Positions 31,611-42,556 are shown, counted from the first letter of the stretch. The stretch: DNA of 64,000 bases from Ostreococcus lucimarinus (GCA_000092065.1 CP000600.1), one strand, 5' to 3'. The notes: generated from the sequence alone by a model not told the origin. Numbers and translations: made by a program.

Positions 31611-34058
31611 TTAAGTCGCGAGTGGAAACGCCGGACTGGGCTCGTCGTCCTCCGGCTCGTCCGTATCCGCGGGTTCGTCCTCTGGCGCCGTTGCCGTCTT
31701 CGGATAGTGCATTTTGAAGCCTTCGTTCAAAATATCAATGTTTTGCGGGTTTTCAGACACGAAGGGTCGATCGCCGAGAAGTTTAACTAAATCGTGGCGC
31801 TGCAAAACCTCCTTGTCGAGTAAGCCTTGCGCCATGGCTTCGACGAGGTGCTTCTTCTCCTTCACGAGCGCCAACGTGCGCTTGTACGCGGTGTCGACGA
31901 GCAGGCGAACCTCTTCATCGATCATTCTCGCCGTGTCCTCAGAATACGGCGACTTCAAGCTTTGCTCGTCTTTGGGGAACGAAAGCAACCCGATCTTCTC
32001 GTTCATGCCATACACGGCCACGGTGTTGTACGCCATTTGCGTGACCTTTTCCAAATCGTTTTGCGCCCCGGTGGAAATCTTTCCGAGCATGACTTGCTCC
32101 GCGGCGCGGCCTCCGAGCGTCATGCACATCATATCGATCAGCTGCTGCGTCGTGGCGAGAAGGTTCTCGTTCGGCAGATACTGCGCGAAGCCTAGAGCCG
32201 CGGAACCGCGCGGAACGATGGACACTTTGAGCAAAGGCTCAGCGTGTTCCAAAAACCACCCCACGACGGCGTGTCCGGCTTCGTGATACGCCACCGTGCG
32301 ACGCTCCGTCTTGTTCACAACCTTCGACTTCTTCTCCAAACCCGCGATGACGCGATCGGCGGCGTACTCGAAGTGTGTGAGAGTTACCGTGGTCATGTTA
32401 TCACGCGCCGCGGCGAGCGCAGCTTCGTTGCACATGTTCGCGATGTCCGCCCCGGCGAAGCCGGGCGTCAACGCGGCGAGACGTTCACTGTAGTGATCCA
32501 CTGGTCCGTCCAAGGCAATCTTGGCCAGATGCACGCGGAATATTTGTTCGCGACCTTGAATATCGGGACGATCGACGGTGATCTGACGATCGAATCGACC
32601 GGGACGCAGGAGCGCCCTGTCGAGAATATCCGGTCTGTTCGTACCCGCCAACACGATGACGCCCTCCTTGGTACCGAAACCGTCCATCTCAACCAAAAGC
32701 TGATTCAACGTGTTTTCGCGCTCATCGTTGCCTCCTGCGAAGCCACCGCGACCACGTTGACGACCGATGGCGTCGATTTCGTCGATGAAAATGATGGACG
32801 GCTTCTGCTGACGCGCTTGGGCAAACAAATCGCGAACTCGCGACGGGCCGACGCCGACAAACATCTCCATGAAATCCGACCCAGAAATGGAAAGAAACGG
32901 GACCCCAGCCTCGCCCGCGGTGGCTTTCGCGAGAAGCGTCTTTCCCGTCCCCGGCGGTCCGACGAGAAGCGCGCCGTGGGGAATTTTCGCGCCCAGGGCT
33001 TCGTATTTCTTCGGACTCTTCAAAAAGTCAACAAACTCCATAATCTCGCGCTTCGCCTCGTCGCAACCGGCGACGTCTTTGAACATAACTTTATTCTTCG
33101 CGTTCTTGTCCAAAGTCGACACCGTCGCCTTACCGACGTTAAAGATCCCACCGGCGCCGCCGCCCATGCCGCCGCCCATGCCTCCCATACCCGCGCTTCG
33201 ACGAGTGAAATACAACCATCCCCCGATCAACAAGAGCGTCGGCAACAGCCGCATCAATTCCGTCTGCAAAAATATTTCATTGACGTACGTCACCGGCACA
33301 AAATCTTTTGACTCTTGCCCGTTCAGCTCTTGCGCTTCTTCCAACTTGCGCTCGAACGAATCCAAGCTTCCGATGTTGAAATAAAACTTGTACCCTCCCT
33401 CCGTCTTCGCCCCCGGCGGCGCCCCGATGTCGCTCGAATCGTACTCATCGCCCGCGCCGTGCCGGCTTCGAATCATCGCTCCCGGCGCCTTCACGTACAC
33501 CTTGGCTTGACTCTTATTCGACACCTCCACGCGTTCCACCAGCCCGGGCTCCAGCAGTTTCGTCTTAAACTCTTGAAACGAAATCTCCCTCGCGTCGCTC
33601 CGCGTCGCGCTCAGCAAGCTCATCGCCACCGCCAGCATCGCCAAGCTCGCGATCTGTTGTCCACTCGGTCCTCGCATCAGCTCTGCCAGCGTCTTCGGCG
33701 CTTCCGCGCCTTCTTTCGCGCCATCCTTCGCGCGTCCGCCCTCGCCCTCGCCGCCCTTCGCCTTCGCGTTCGTCCCTTTCCCGCGCGGTTTCATCGCCGC
33801 AAACTTCCCTTTCGTCCCCTGCGCCTTCGCGGACGCGTTCGCGCCTTTCCCCGCGTTCGCCGCGAATCCTCGCATCGCGACGCGCGTCGCCAGCGTCGCC
33901 GCGGTCGCGGTTTTCGCGTCGAACGGCTTGGCGAATCCATTCGTTTTCGCGACGTTCGCGACGTCGCGCGTCGCGCGCGCGACGCGCGCGACGTCCGCGC
34001 GGGCGAGCGCGCGCGAGGTTTCTCGCGCGAGCGTTCGGAGCAGCGCGCGACGACCCAT
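31611..34058 (-). CDS. FTSH: FtsH-type ATP-dependent zinc metalloprotease (m-AAA family)
   Basis: AAA Walker [18 protein letters not shown]. Walker [12 protein letters not shown]. Zinc-binding HEAGHAV. N-terminal TM domain and FtsH extracellular-like region. ATG confirmed. Confidence 0.9.
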   Translation of the reverse strand: MGRRALLRTLARETSRALARADVARVARATRDVANVAKTNGFAKPFDAKTATAATLATRVAMRGFAANAGKGANASAKAQGTKGKFAAMKPRGKGTNAKAKGGEGEGGRAKDGAKEGAEAPKTLAELMRGPSGQQIASLAMLAVAMSLLSATRSDAREISFQEFKTKLLEPGLVERVEVSNKSQAKVYVKAPGAMIRSRHGAGDEYDSSDIGAPPGAKTEGGYKFYFNIGSLDSFERKLEEAQELNGQESKDFVPVTYVNEIFLQTELMRLLPTLLLIGGWLYFTRRSAGMGGMGGGMGGGAGGIFNVGKATVSTLDKNAKNKVMFKDVAGCDEAKREIMEFVDFLKSPKKYEALGAKIPHGALLVGPPGTGKTLLAKATAGEAGVPFLSISGSDFMEMFVGVGPSRVRDLFAQARQQKPSIIFIDEIDAIGRQRGRGGFAGGNDERENTLNQLLVEMDGFGTKEGVIVLAGTNRPDILDRALLRPGRFDRQITVDRPDIQGREQIFRVHLAKIALDGPVDHYSERLAALTPGFAGADIANMCNEAALAAARDNMTTVTLTHFEYAADRVIAGLEKKSKVVNKTERRTVAYHEAGHAVVGWFLEHAEPLLKVSIVPRGSAALGFAQYLPNENLLATTQQLIDMMCMTLGGRAAEQVMLGKISTGAQNDLEKVTQMAYNTVAVYGMNEKIGLLSFPKDEQSLKSPYSEDTARMIDEEVRLLVDTAYKRTLALVKEKKHLVEAMAQGLLDKEVLQRHDLVKLLGDRPFVSENPQNIDILNEGFKMHYPKTATAPEDEPADTDEPEDDEPSPAFPLAT

Positions 34059-34184
34059 GGCGGGAGTCGTCGGCGCGGACGGGCGCGGAATGACGACGAT
34101 GACGCGATGACGTGTCCAGAGGCGTCGCCGAGCGCGGCGAGCGGCGGAGCGGGCGAACGACGCGAGGGCCGTGGGAAGGGTGGA

Positions 34185-36770
34185 TTACAAGGGTAAAGAA
34201 CCGTCACCGGAGGTCAAAGCGGAGACGAATCGAGAGGCGTCGACGATGGGCACGGCGAGATCGCGCGCCTTGGCGAGCTTGGATGGACCGGCGCCGACGC
34301 CGGCGACGACGAGGGCGGTTTTGCGGGAGAGCGTCGAGGCGACGTCGCCGCCGGCGGCGCGGATGAGGTCGTGGACGTCGTCGCGGGAGAAGCCGTCGAT
34401 GGTGCCGGTGAAGAGGATTTTCATGCCACGGAGATCGGCGGTGGGCTCGGGAGATGGGACCGTCGGCGATGGGGTGGGCGACACAGACGACGACGACGCG
34501 GGTTCGGCGAATCGCGGAGACGGTTGATTCTTTGATGACGACGCGTCGGCGTCGAGGACGACGACGCCCGTGGCGATGATTTCATCCACGATGAACGCGT
34601 TGCCGGGCTCGCCCCAAAAGTCGACCAAAGATTGCGCGAGGACGGGACCGACCCCGTCGACGTGCGTCAACGCGGCGTGCGCTAAACTCGCCGGACCGCC
34701 CTTGGCGGCGGCGAGGGCGGCTTTTTTGAACGCGGCCAAACTCCCATAGTGCGTCGCGAGGACTTTTGCGGTGTGTGCGCCGATATTCGGAATGCCGAGA
34801 GCGTAGATGAATCGGTGCAAAGGCACGCCCTGGCGTCGCACTTCGATGGCTTGGAACAACTTGACAGCGCTCTGTTTCAAGCCGTCGGAACCATGTTTGA
34901 TCTCACCCTTGGAGTTTTTCACACCGGCGTATCGCCACCACGTCGGAACGGCGTCACCGCTATCCGGACCGAATCTTCGCTCGAGTGTGAAGATGTCAGC
35001 TGGCGTCTTTACCACACCTTCGCGATGCAGCGTCTCGAGCGTGCCGCGCGCCAACCCGCGAATATCCAGCGCGTCTCTCGCGCAAAAGTGCAACAGGCGT
35101 TCCATCGATTGCGAAGGACACTTCAAGCCACCAGTGCATCGCACGATAGAGCCCATCGCGGTTTTCGACGCCGAAAGAGGCGCGCGCACGACGGATGATC
35201 CGCAATCTGGGCACTTGGACGGAGGGAGCCATTCTGGGAGCGGCTTGATGTCTTCGGCGTACGCCGAAGCCTCGGCGAGATCATCACCAGCGAGCGAGAC
35301 GACGCGGGGAATGACATCGCCCGCGCGTTCAACGGTGACTTGTGCGCCCACCTTGAGATGTTTACGAGCGATTTCATCAAAGTTGTGCAATGTCGCCCGC
35401 GAGATGGATGCGCCGCCGATGTCGACGGGATCGAGCAACGCCACGGGCGTCAGCGCGCCCGTGCGCCCGACCTGAATTTCGATGGCGCGAAGCGTCGTCA
35501 CGGCGCTCATCGCTGTGAATTTATGCGCTATCGCCCATCGAGGTTGCCTCGCATCCGCGCCGAGCGCGGTTTGAAGTTCGACCGAGTTGACCTTGTACAC
35601 GACGCCGTCTATCTCGTACGGCATCGTCGGGCGAGCTATTTCTAAAGCATCGTACGCCTCGATGAGCTCGCCGATGGTTTTCGCCACGCCTAAAAATGGT
35701 ACGGCGTCAAAGCCTTGCGCTGGCAAGAACGCACTCAAGAACTCGCTCTGCGTCCGCCACGGAGCGTTTGTCTCCTCGTTTGACGCGCCGACGGCGCCCC
35801 AACCGTACGCCAAAAAACGCAACGGCATTTGATTATCGTCGACGACGAGCGTTCGCATCGCTCCCGCCGCGGCGTTCCGAGCGTTTTTGAAGACGCGCAA
35901 ACCAGTCGCCGCGCGCTCGGCGTTCACTCGTTGAAAATCTTCATCGGCCACGTGCACTTCGCCGCGAATCTCCAACACCGCCGGGTACGGCTCCGCCAAC
36001 TTCATCGGCACGCCCCGAGCGCCGATGAGGTGTCGCGTGACGTCTTCTCCCATCTCACCGTCCCCTCTCGACACCGCGTACACCAACTCACCGTTCTCGT
36101 ATCGCAAGCTCGCGGAGGCGCCGTCGACTTTCGGCTCGGCGCAATATTCAATCGCCGTCGTCGTCGCGGCCTCGCCCTCCGTCTCCCCTCTCAACTTCTC
36201 AACGCGCTTCATGAACGCCTCCACCTGCCCCACGTCGAACGCATTCCCCAACGACCGCATCGGAACCGCGTGCGCGATCTTTTCCAGCCCACTCGCTCCG
36301 TCCGGCGTCGCCCCCACGCGCGCGCGAGCGCCGCCCGCCTTCGCCGCCGTCGGATGCGCCGCCGCGATCGCATCGTACCTCGCCCGCATCCCATCGTACT
36401 CCGAATCGCTTATCACCGGTTCCGCGTCGTTGTAATACTTTCCATCGTGCATCGCGAGCTCGGCGTCCAATCGAGCCAACTCGCGCGCCGCCTCGCTCGC
36501 GCTCAACCGCTCGACGCCGTTCGCCGCGAACCCGCGCGTCGTCCCTCGTCCGCTCGCGCTCGCGCCTCCGTCCCCTCCCCGCGCGCGCCGCGCCTCTCCA
36601 TCGTCCACGTCATCGCTTCGCGCGTCACCGATCGCGCGCGCGCGCGCGCCGGCGCGGTAACGCGCGCGTCTCGTTCGAATCGAATCGGCGCGCGGCGTCC
36701 CGAGTTCGCGTCGCTCGCACCGCGCGCGCGCCGCCGGGACCGCGCTCGCCGCGCGCGCGCCCGCCGGCAT
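34185..36770 (-). CDS. ligA: NAD+-dependent DNA ligase (bacterial LigA type) with BRCT domain and organellar presequence
   Basis: Ia domain (LARLDAELAMHDGKYY..ISDSEYD). Adenylation KxDG (CAEPKVDGAS). RGDGEMGEDVT. Cys4 zinc finger (CPDCGS..CTGGLKCP). HhH region. C-terminal BRCT (MKILFTGTIDGFSRDDVHDLIRAAGG). ORF 34185..37433 was trimmed to MPAGARAASAVPAARA; the alternative Met MRRRALGASVA lies about 60 nt upstream. Confidence 0.8.
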   Translation of the reverse strand: MPAGARAASAVPAARARCERRELGTPRADSIRTRRARYRAGARARAIGDARSDDVDDGEARRARGGDGGASASGRGTTRGFAANGVERLSASEAARELARLDAELAMHDGKYYNDAEPVISDSEYDGMRARYDAIAAAHPTAAKAGGARARVGATPDGASGLEKIAHAVPMRSLGNAFDVGQVEAFMKRVEKLRGETEGEAATTTAIEYCAEPKVDGASASLRYENGELVYAVSRGDGEMGEDVTRHLIGARGVPMKLAEPYPAVLEIRGEVHVADEDFQRVNAERAATGLRVFKNARNAAAGAMRTLVVDDNQMPLRFLAYGWGAVGASNEETNAPWRTQSEFLSAFLPAQGFDAVPFLGVAKTIGELIEAYDALEIARPTMPYEIDGVVYKVNSVELQTALGADARQPRWAIAHKFTAMSAVTTLRAIEIQVGRTGALTPVALLDPVDIGGASISRATLHNFDEIARKHLKVGAQVTVERAGDVIPRVVSLAGDDLAEASAYAEDIKPLPEWLPPSKCPDCGSSVVRAPLSASKTAMGSIVRCTGGLKCPSQSMERLLHFCARDALDIRGLARGTLETLHREGVVKTPADIFTLERRFGPDSGDAVPTWWRYAGVKNSKGEIKHGSDGLKQSAVKLFQAIEVRRQGVPLHRFIYALGIPNIGAHTAKVLATHYGSLAAFKKAALAAAKGGPASLAHAALTHVDGVGPVLAQSLVDFWGEPGNAFIVDEIIATGVVVLDADASSSKNQPSPRFAEPASSSSVSPTPSPTVPSPEPTADLRGMKILFTGTIDGFSRDDVHDLIRAAGGDVASTLSRKTALVVAGVGAGPSKLAKARDLAVPIVDASRFVSALTSGDGSLPL

Positions 36771-37058
36771 CGCGCGCCACGCCTCGATCGCGCGCGCGAC
36801 GCTCGCGCCGAGCGCGCGTCGTCGCATGCACGACGCGAAGTGCCGCACTCGATGCCGCGCGACGTCGCGTCGTCGGCGTCGTCGCGCGCCGCGGCGAAGA
36901 ACCGCGCCAAGCGCAAGCGCGCGAGGCTGCCGCCGCCGCCCGCCGCGCGCGCGGACGCCCGGGATGACGACGCGCGCGCGGACGAGAGCGGCGAGGATGA
37001 CGACGCGGTCGTCGCGCGCGCGGGCGCGTTCGGACGATACGGCGCCGCCGACGGCGCG

Positions 37059-37559
37059 ATGTCGCGCGCGGACGACGAGTGGGCGACGAGCGAGCGCACG
37101 TGGGCGTCGCTGTTCGGCGTGCTCGAGCGGAACGGGTACGCGAAGAAGAAATTGTGGGCGCCGTTCGTGTACGACGGCGACGCGGGACGGCGGATGCGAA
37201 GCGCGGGATTCGAACGCGTGGTGCACAGACGGGCGGATTTCTTTGAACGCGTGCGAGACGGCGTGTTCGTGCGGTCGCTGGATGCGGTGGTGGATAATCC
37301 GCCGTACACGGGGAAAGGGATGAAGGAACGGATATTGAAGGCGCTGCGAGACGCGGAGGTGCCGTTTTGTTTGTTGCTGCCGCTGGGAGTGTTGCACGCG
37401 GCGTTCGTGAGGGACATTCTGGAGGAGACGCACGTGCAGGTGATCGTGCCGAGGAAGTGTTACGTGTTCAAGAAGGGAGGGACGGAGGTGCCGTTTAAGT
37501 TTTTGTGCTGGTTGTGCTATAAGATGGAGCTGAAGCGCGACTTGTACTTCATAGACTGA
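37059..37559 (+). CDS. Short ORF with DNPPY amino-methyltransferase motif IV (truncated or atypical N6-adenine/N4-cytosine or HemK-like MTase)
   Basis: VRSLDAVVDNPPYTGKG resembles motif IV of beta-class DNA amino-MTases preceded by GDA...; no FxGxG SAM motif in about 166 aa. The ORF frame extends upstream to a Met near 36850 (MPRDVASS). Divergent from ligA. Confidence 0.4.
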   Translation: MSRADDEWATSERTWASLFGVLERNGYAKKKLWAPFVYDGDAGRRMRSAGFERVVHRRADFFERVRDGVFVRSLDAVVDNPPYTGKGMKERILKALRDAEVPFCLLLPLGVLHAAFVRDILEETHVQVIVPRKCYVFKKGGTEVPFKFLCWLCYKMELKRDLYFID

Positions 37560-37611
37560 CGACGTAGGGGTACAGTAGGGATTTTGTATTTTAACAACGT
37601 TGTTGTACCGA

Positions 37612-40600
37612 CTAACTCGGAGGGTGCCCGGCGCAAAGCGAACGATACTCGCGACGGATCAGTCCGTGTCCGATTTCGAGGAGTAAATCGTTGAAGCGAT
37701 AGAGCACGCCGCACGACGTCGAATCACTCGGCGGTAAGACTGAAATGCGTCTGAGCGTTTCGTTCGGGGCGAACATCGCGGTGAGGGTGAGGAACAGCAA
37801 GACGACCGAAACGATGATGAAAAACGTGACGAGCATTTGTACGGCTTCGTTGAGTGTCTCTGGACGCGAAGGCACGCGCCACGAACCACCTGGCGTTCGC
37901 GTCGGTGCCGTCGGCGTCGCCAAGGTGAACTTATTGAACAAGTTGTTTGGCGGCGTGCGCGCCACCGTTCTGTTCGTTTGTCGAGAGAACCATTTTAACG
38001 GAGACGCCAACTGCGTTTGCATGAGTGGCGACCCAAACGATCTGCTCTTCTTCGGTGAAATCAATGAAGGGCTGTTATTTTGATAGCGAGCGAGCTGCGT
38101 CCGAGCGTGTTCGCTCATCTTATTCGCCGCCGCCAGGGCTTCCTTGGACGCTTTCAATTCAGCTTCCGTCGCGGCGGAGTGTTTTTCCAGCCAAACTTTC
38201 GCCGCGACGGCATCGGAGAGTTGCGACTCTAAGTCGCGCATCGTGCTCTTCGCTTCGTCTCGCTCAGCGCGTACTTTGCGTAATTCGTCGTAGTCGCCCT
38301 CCTGCGTCATCGACGCGTCACGTCTAGCGGTGGCGAGCAACTCGTTCGCGTGCTCTAATTGATGCTGCAAGCTCGTATAGTTGGCTCGAAGCTCGGAAAT
38401 TGATTCTCGAGCTTGTGATAACTCGTGTTGTTTATCGTCCAGCGCTTTGCTCAACGCCTCGCTGGCGTGATCGCCGCTCGCAGACATTTGTCGAATAGTA
38501 TCAAGCTCTTTACGAATCACCAACATCTCTTTATCCTTCGACTGCACCGCATCTTTCACAGCATTCTTCACTTGCGCGGCAAACGCCAAGCGTTCAAGTT
38601 CTAAACGTTTCTCCATGCTCGTGATTGACTGCTGGAGCAAATCTCGCTCGGCGGTGACTTTCGTCAAGTCTATGGTCAAGTCTTTCACTTTCGCCAACGC
38701 CGCATCGCGCGAAGCCTTGGCTTCCCTCAACTCGCCTGCATCCGTCTTTGAATGCGTTTTCGAAGCGACTTTTTCCTTTTCCAACTCTTTGTTCAGCAAA
38801 AGCAGTTCGGTATTCACTTCGTACACTCGAGATTCCGCCGCGGCAAATTGACGTCGCACTTCTTCGAGTTCAGTCTCCACCGTGACTCGCACTTCGCATT
38901 CAGCCTTCAAACGCCGCTCGCTTTCGTCCAGTGACTTCTTACTCTCCTCTGCGCTCGCCTTCCACTCTCCCAGTTCCTTGGCGAGTTCGACTATTCGACT
39001 TTCAGCCGCCTCTAACTTTCTATGCAATTCAGCGACGACGGCGGACGACGAGTCGCGGTCGCGCTCAACCTTCGCAGAGGACGCATGTTTCTCTCGCAAA
39101 ATTTCAATCTCCTTGTTCAAAAAGCCAACTTGCTTTTCCAACTTTGTGACTTGCGAATTGGCGATCATGTTAGCCTTTGCCGCCATGGAAGATTCAAGTT
39201 CGTGCTCATCCGCCATCGATGAAATTTCTTGCTCAGCGACGTGCAGCTTTTTTCTCAGCTCTTCTGTCTCCGATCCGGCCAAATCTGCGGCGGTTTCCAA
39301 GCCCGCTACTTTCCCTTCTAACGACAAAACTTCTTCTCTCGCACTCTTAAGTTCTAAAACGTGCTCTGAACGTTCGACCTCCATGAGTTTTAGTTTAGCG
39401 TTCGCGGCTTGAAGCTCTTCGTTCAGGTGAGAGAACTCGACATTGGAAAATTCCTTCTCGGCGAGCTTACTCTTCAAATCCGACAGCGCGCTCTTCGCTT
39501 CGCTCAGTTGTTCGAGAGTGACTTCAAGCTTTTCCTCGAAAAGAATTGCGTTCTGAGAGACGGCTTCGTACGCGGCTTCTTTCTCGGCCAACTTTTGCCG
39601 AAGACTCTTCAACTCCGCGGTGCCGCTCTCGATTTCAGCGCGCGCTTGCGCTTCGAGCTTTTTCTTTTCCGCCTCGAGACTTGATTTCATTTCGAGCATT
39701 CTTCCTTGGAATCCTGCTTGTTTCTCAGCCGCCGCAGCCAAACGCGCGGCGAAGGCTTCCTTCGCTGACTCCGACTTTTCCTCCGTCGTCATCGCCTTTT
39801 TGCTCTCCTTTTCGAGTTTGATGCGAAGCGTGGACATTTCAACCTTCAACGATTCCAGCTCAGTTTCAAAGTTTCGACATTCGGAAGTCTTCGTTTGCAA
39901 CGCCGCGCGAGTGTCCTCGAGAGCAACGATAGTTTCTTCTTTTATCCTCTTTTCGTTCTCGATCACGCTCTCTCGCGCGATGATTTCAGCGCGCAACTTT
40001 ATAACCTCGTCCGCGACTTCGCCTCGCTCGACGCGCGCGCGTTCTGTCTCTGCCTGCGCAGCGTCGATTGCTGCATCCTTCTGCAACATCGTACTATTCG
40101 TCATCGTCACGGTCTCGTTCAGACGAACGATATCTTCTTTCAATCTTGCGTTCTCGCTCTCTAAAATCTCAAACTGGCTCGATTTTTCGTTTTGCTTCGT
40201 CTGTTGGGCTTGGAACTCCGCCACGGCGGCGACGATTTTCTCCTCGCTCGTCGCCAACGCCTCGCTGAGACGCGCGATTTCGAGCTTGAAATTTTCCGCT
40301 TCGCCCTCCATCGTGGCCTGTGCGACTTGATAATTTTCAAGTTTGGCGTTCGCATCTCTCAAATCCGTTGCAGACGCCGCCAGACTCGCCTCCAAGTTCT
40401 GTATGGTCGACTCGTCGGCGTGAATCTTCGTCTCCGTCTCTTGCAGTGACATCTCCAAGCGCTCAATTTTAATCGAGTAATCCCGCACGGAAAACTCTAG
40501 CTTGGTCGACTCTGATGCATACTCTTCGCCAGCTGCCTTCAGCGCCGACTCGTGCTCGCGCCTCGCGTTCGCGAGTGCTTCTTGCAAGCGTTCAGTCTCG

Positions 40601-41544
40601 TCCAGCGCCTCGTCGCGTTGCTTCGTCATCGCCATCAAACGGCTCTCCGTCTTCGACATTCGCGCTTCAGTCGTCTTGAGGTCTTCCTCCGTGGCAGAAA
40701 TCATCGCACCCATGCGCACGCGCTCGTTCAGCCACGTTTGTTTCTCGATCGCCATCGCCTCAAGATCGCGCTGGATCGCCGTCACCTTGGCGCGAAGTTG
40801 CTCCACCTCGAACTCGACGGCTTTTGCGTTCATTCCCCCGGCGACGACGAGCGCGCGCGCGTCCACATCCATCGTCGACGACGACGCCACTCTCACCGTC
40901 GTCGGCGGTTTCGGCGACATCAACGACATCCTCAACGCCTGCGGTGGCGTCATCGACGCCCTTCGCACCGTCATCGTCGTCGTCGTCGTCGTCGTCTCCC
41001 TTTGCCTCGCCGCTCGCGTCTCCGCGTCCTCCATCATATGCGTCGACCTCAACGTCCCAATCCCCCCGTGTCCGACTCTCACCGGCGTTCGCACGTCGTC
41101 ATCATCATCGCCGTCTCCCACCATCACCAAACTCTTCCTCGTCGCCGACGTCGTCGCCATCGTCGTCGCCAACCTTCGCGCGCTCGCCTCGGCGCGTCTC
41201 GCCGTTTCGCTCATCTTCATCCTCGACGCGCTCGTCTCCGTCTCCACGCGCATTTTCCGCGCCGACGCCCGCGCGGATGACATCACGCGTTCCGCCTCCG
41301 ACCGCACCGTCGTCGCTCGCGCGTCGTTCAGCCGCACGGGCGTCACTGGGTCGTCATTCTCGTCGACATTCGTTTCGTCTTCCCGTTCGCGCGATTCGTC
41401 GCGCGCGCGCGCGTCGTCGTCGTCGTCGCTCGCGGACGCGCGTCGCGCGCGCATCGCGTTCGACACGTGCTCGCGGACAAATTTTACGAAGGCGTCGTCG
41501 TCGGCGTCCGAGTCGGAGGACGCCGCGCCGGGACGCGAAGACAT
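37612..41544 (-). CDS. Long coiled-coil protein (about 1310 aa) with C-terminal transmembrane anchor (golgin/CASP-like tail-anchored)
   Basis: About 1000 aa of heptad-like Glu/Lys/Leu/Ala-rich sequence; a single C-terminal hydrophobic helix MLVTFFIIVSVVLLFLTLTAMF; acidic Ser/Asp-rich N-terminus; ATG confirmed. Confidence 0.7.
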   Translation of the reverse strand: MSSRPGAASSDSDADDDAFVKFVREHVSNAMRARRASASDDDDDARARDESREREDETNVDENDDPVTPVRLNDARATTVRSEAERVMSSARASARKMRVETETSASRMKMSETARRAEASARRLATTMATTSATRKSLVMVGDGDDDDDVRTPVRVGHGGIGTLRSTHMMEDAETRAARQRETTTTTTTMTVRRASMTPPQALRMSLMSPKPPTTVRVASSSTMDVDARALVVAGGMNAKAVEFEVEQLRAKVTAIQRDLEAMAIEKQTWLNERVRMGAMISATEEDLKTTEARMSKTESRLMAMTKQRDEALDETERLQEALANARREHESALKAAGEEYASESTKLEFSVRDYSIKIERLEMSLQETETKIHADESTIQNLEASLAASATDLRDANAKLENYQVAQATMEGEAENFKLEIARLSEALATSEEKIVAAVAEFQAQQTKQNEKSSQFEILESENARLKEDIVRLNETVTMTNSTMLQKDAAIDAAQAETERARVERGEVADEVIKLRAEIIARESVIENEKRIKEETIVALEDTRAALQTKTSECRNFETELESLKVEMSTLRIKLEKESKKAMTTEEKSESAKEAFAARLAAAAEKQAGFQGRMLEMKSSLEAEKKKLEAQARAEIESGTAELKSLRQKLAEKEAAYEAVSQNAILFEEKLEVTLEQLSEAKSALSDLKSKLAEKEFSNVEFSHLNEELQAANAKLKLMEVERSEHVLELKSAREEVLSLEGKVAGLETAADLAGSETEELRKKLHVAEQEISSMADEHELESSMAAKANMIANSQVTKLEKQVGFLNKEIEILREKHASSAKVERDRDSSSAVVAELHRKLEAAESRIVELAKELGEWKASAEESKKSLDESERRLKAECEVRVTVETELEEVRRQFAAAESRVYEVNTELLLLNKELEKEKVASKTHSKTDAGELREAKASRDAALAKVKDLTIDLTKVTAERDLLQQSITSMEKRLELERLAFAAQVKNAVKDAVQSKDKEMLVIRKELDTIRQMSASGDHASEALSKALDDKQHELSQARESISELRANYTSLQHQLEHANELLATARRDASMTQEGDYDELRKVRAERDEAKSTMRDLESQLSDAVAAKVWLEKHSAATEAELKASKEALAAANKMSEHARTQLARYQNNSPSLISPKKSRSFGSPLMQTQLASPLKWFSRQTNRTVARTPPNNLFNKFTLATPTAPTRTPGGSWRVPSRPETLNEAVQMLVTFFIIVSVVLLFLTLTAMFAPNETLRRISVLPPSDSTSCGVLYRFNDLLLEIGHGLIRREYRSLCAGHPPS

Positions 41545-41698
41545 GGCGCGCGTGGGGGAACGTCGCGCTGTGCGGTCGGTCTCGGGCGCGGCGACGGGGC
41601 GACGGGCGACGCGCGACGTCGACGGGCCGGGCGTGACTACGTTTCGTTGATTATCAAGGCGATAGGACGGTGCGTCGAGGAAATATTACAGCGAAGCG

Positions 41699-42556
41699 CT
41701 ACGCGAGCGACGCGCGCGGCGCGTCGGCGGACGCTCGTTCGGCGCGCTCGAGCGCGAGGCTCACGGCGCGCTGCTTCGTACCCGAAGTGACTTTGAGACC
41801 GCTCTCTTTCAAGCGCCGCGCTACGAATTCGGCGCGGAACTCGATGGGGACCTTCTCGATCCCATCGAGATGCTGCGCGAACAGCGCGGAGGACACGTTG
41901 GGGCGAACGTGGTCCTCGCACAAGGCTGAGTGTCGCGGCGAGCTCTCGCTTTCGGCGACGAGCCAACAGTTTTGGTCTCTGTTGTATCGCAAACACACCG
42001 CCATCGAACACCGTTTTTGTATCTGCTGCACTAACTTTGCGTTGTTTTTATCTTGTCTCTTCGGCAACGATCGGCAGCACCGCAACACGTACCGCACTTT
42101 GCTCTCCTGCCACTTATCGACGATCAATCGCGCCGAGCACGCGCTCGTGGAGCAATACCAGTCCATGACCGCGCGCCGCGCCGATTTTTTCCCATCAAAC
42201 TCCTTCCGACACAGCTCATCCCACCCCGCGGGCGCTTCCGTCGAGACGCGCCGTCCTTCTTCGTCCACGTCGAACGTCTCGCTCACCGCTCGTCCCGGCA
42301 ACTGTCCGGCGACGAAGGATCCCCACGCCGTGCGTCCCCGTCCCACCCCGTTCGTCTCTTCCCGCTCTCTCGCTCGTTTCCCACCGCCCACGCGCGCGGC
42401 GAGCGGCACGTCGTCGTCGTCTTCGCTCAGCGACCCGCCGTAGCGCGGCGTCGGCGCGACCGACGCCGCTTCGACCGCGCGCGCGCGACGATCGACGCCG
42501 ATCAGCGCGTCGTCGAGGAGTCCGCCGATCGCTTCATCGACGCCGTACCGCGACAT
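41699..42556 (-). CDS. Hypothetical protein with WRKY-GCM1-superfamily (FLYWCH/FAR1-like) zinc-finger-like motif
   Basis: FDGKKSARRAVMDWYCSTSACSARLIVDKWQESKVRYVLRCC resembles FLYWCH (YWRCxxxxCxARL...); a second Cys/His cluster CSMAVCLRYNRDQNCWLV..HSALCEDH follows. Confidence 0.45.
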   Translation of the reverse strand: MSRYGVDEAIGGLLDDALIGVDRRARAVEAASVAPTPRYGGSLSEDDDDVPLAARVGGGKRAREREETNGVGRGRTAWGSFVAGQLPGRAVSETFDVDEEGRRVSTEAPAGWDELCRKEFDGKKSARRAVMDWYCSTSACSARLIVDKWQESKVRYVLRCCRSLPKRQDKNNAKLVQQIQKRCSMAVCLRYNRDQNCWLVAESESSPRHSALCEDHVRPNVSSALFAQHLDGIEKVPIEFRAEFVARRLKESGLKVTSGTKQRAVSLALERAERASADAPRASLA

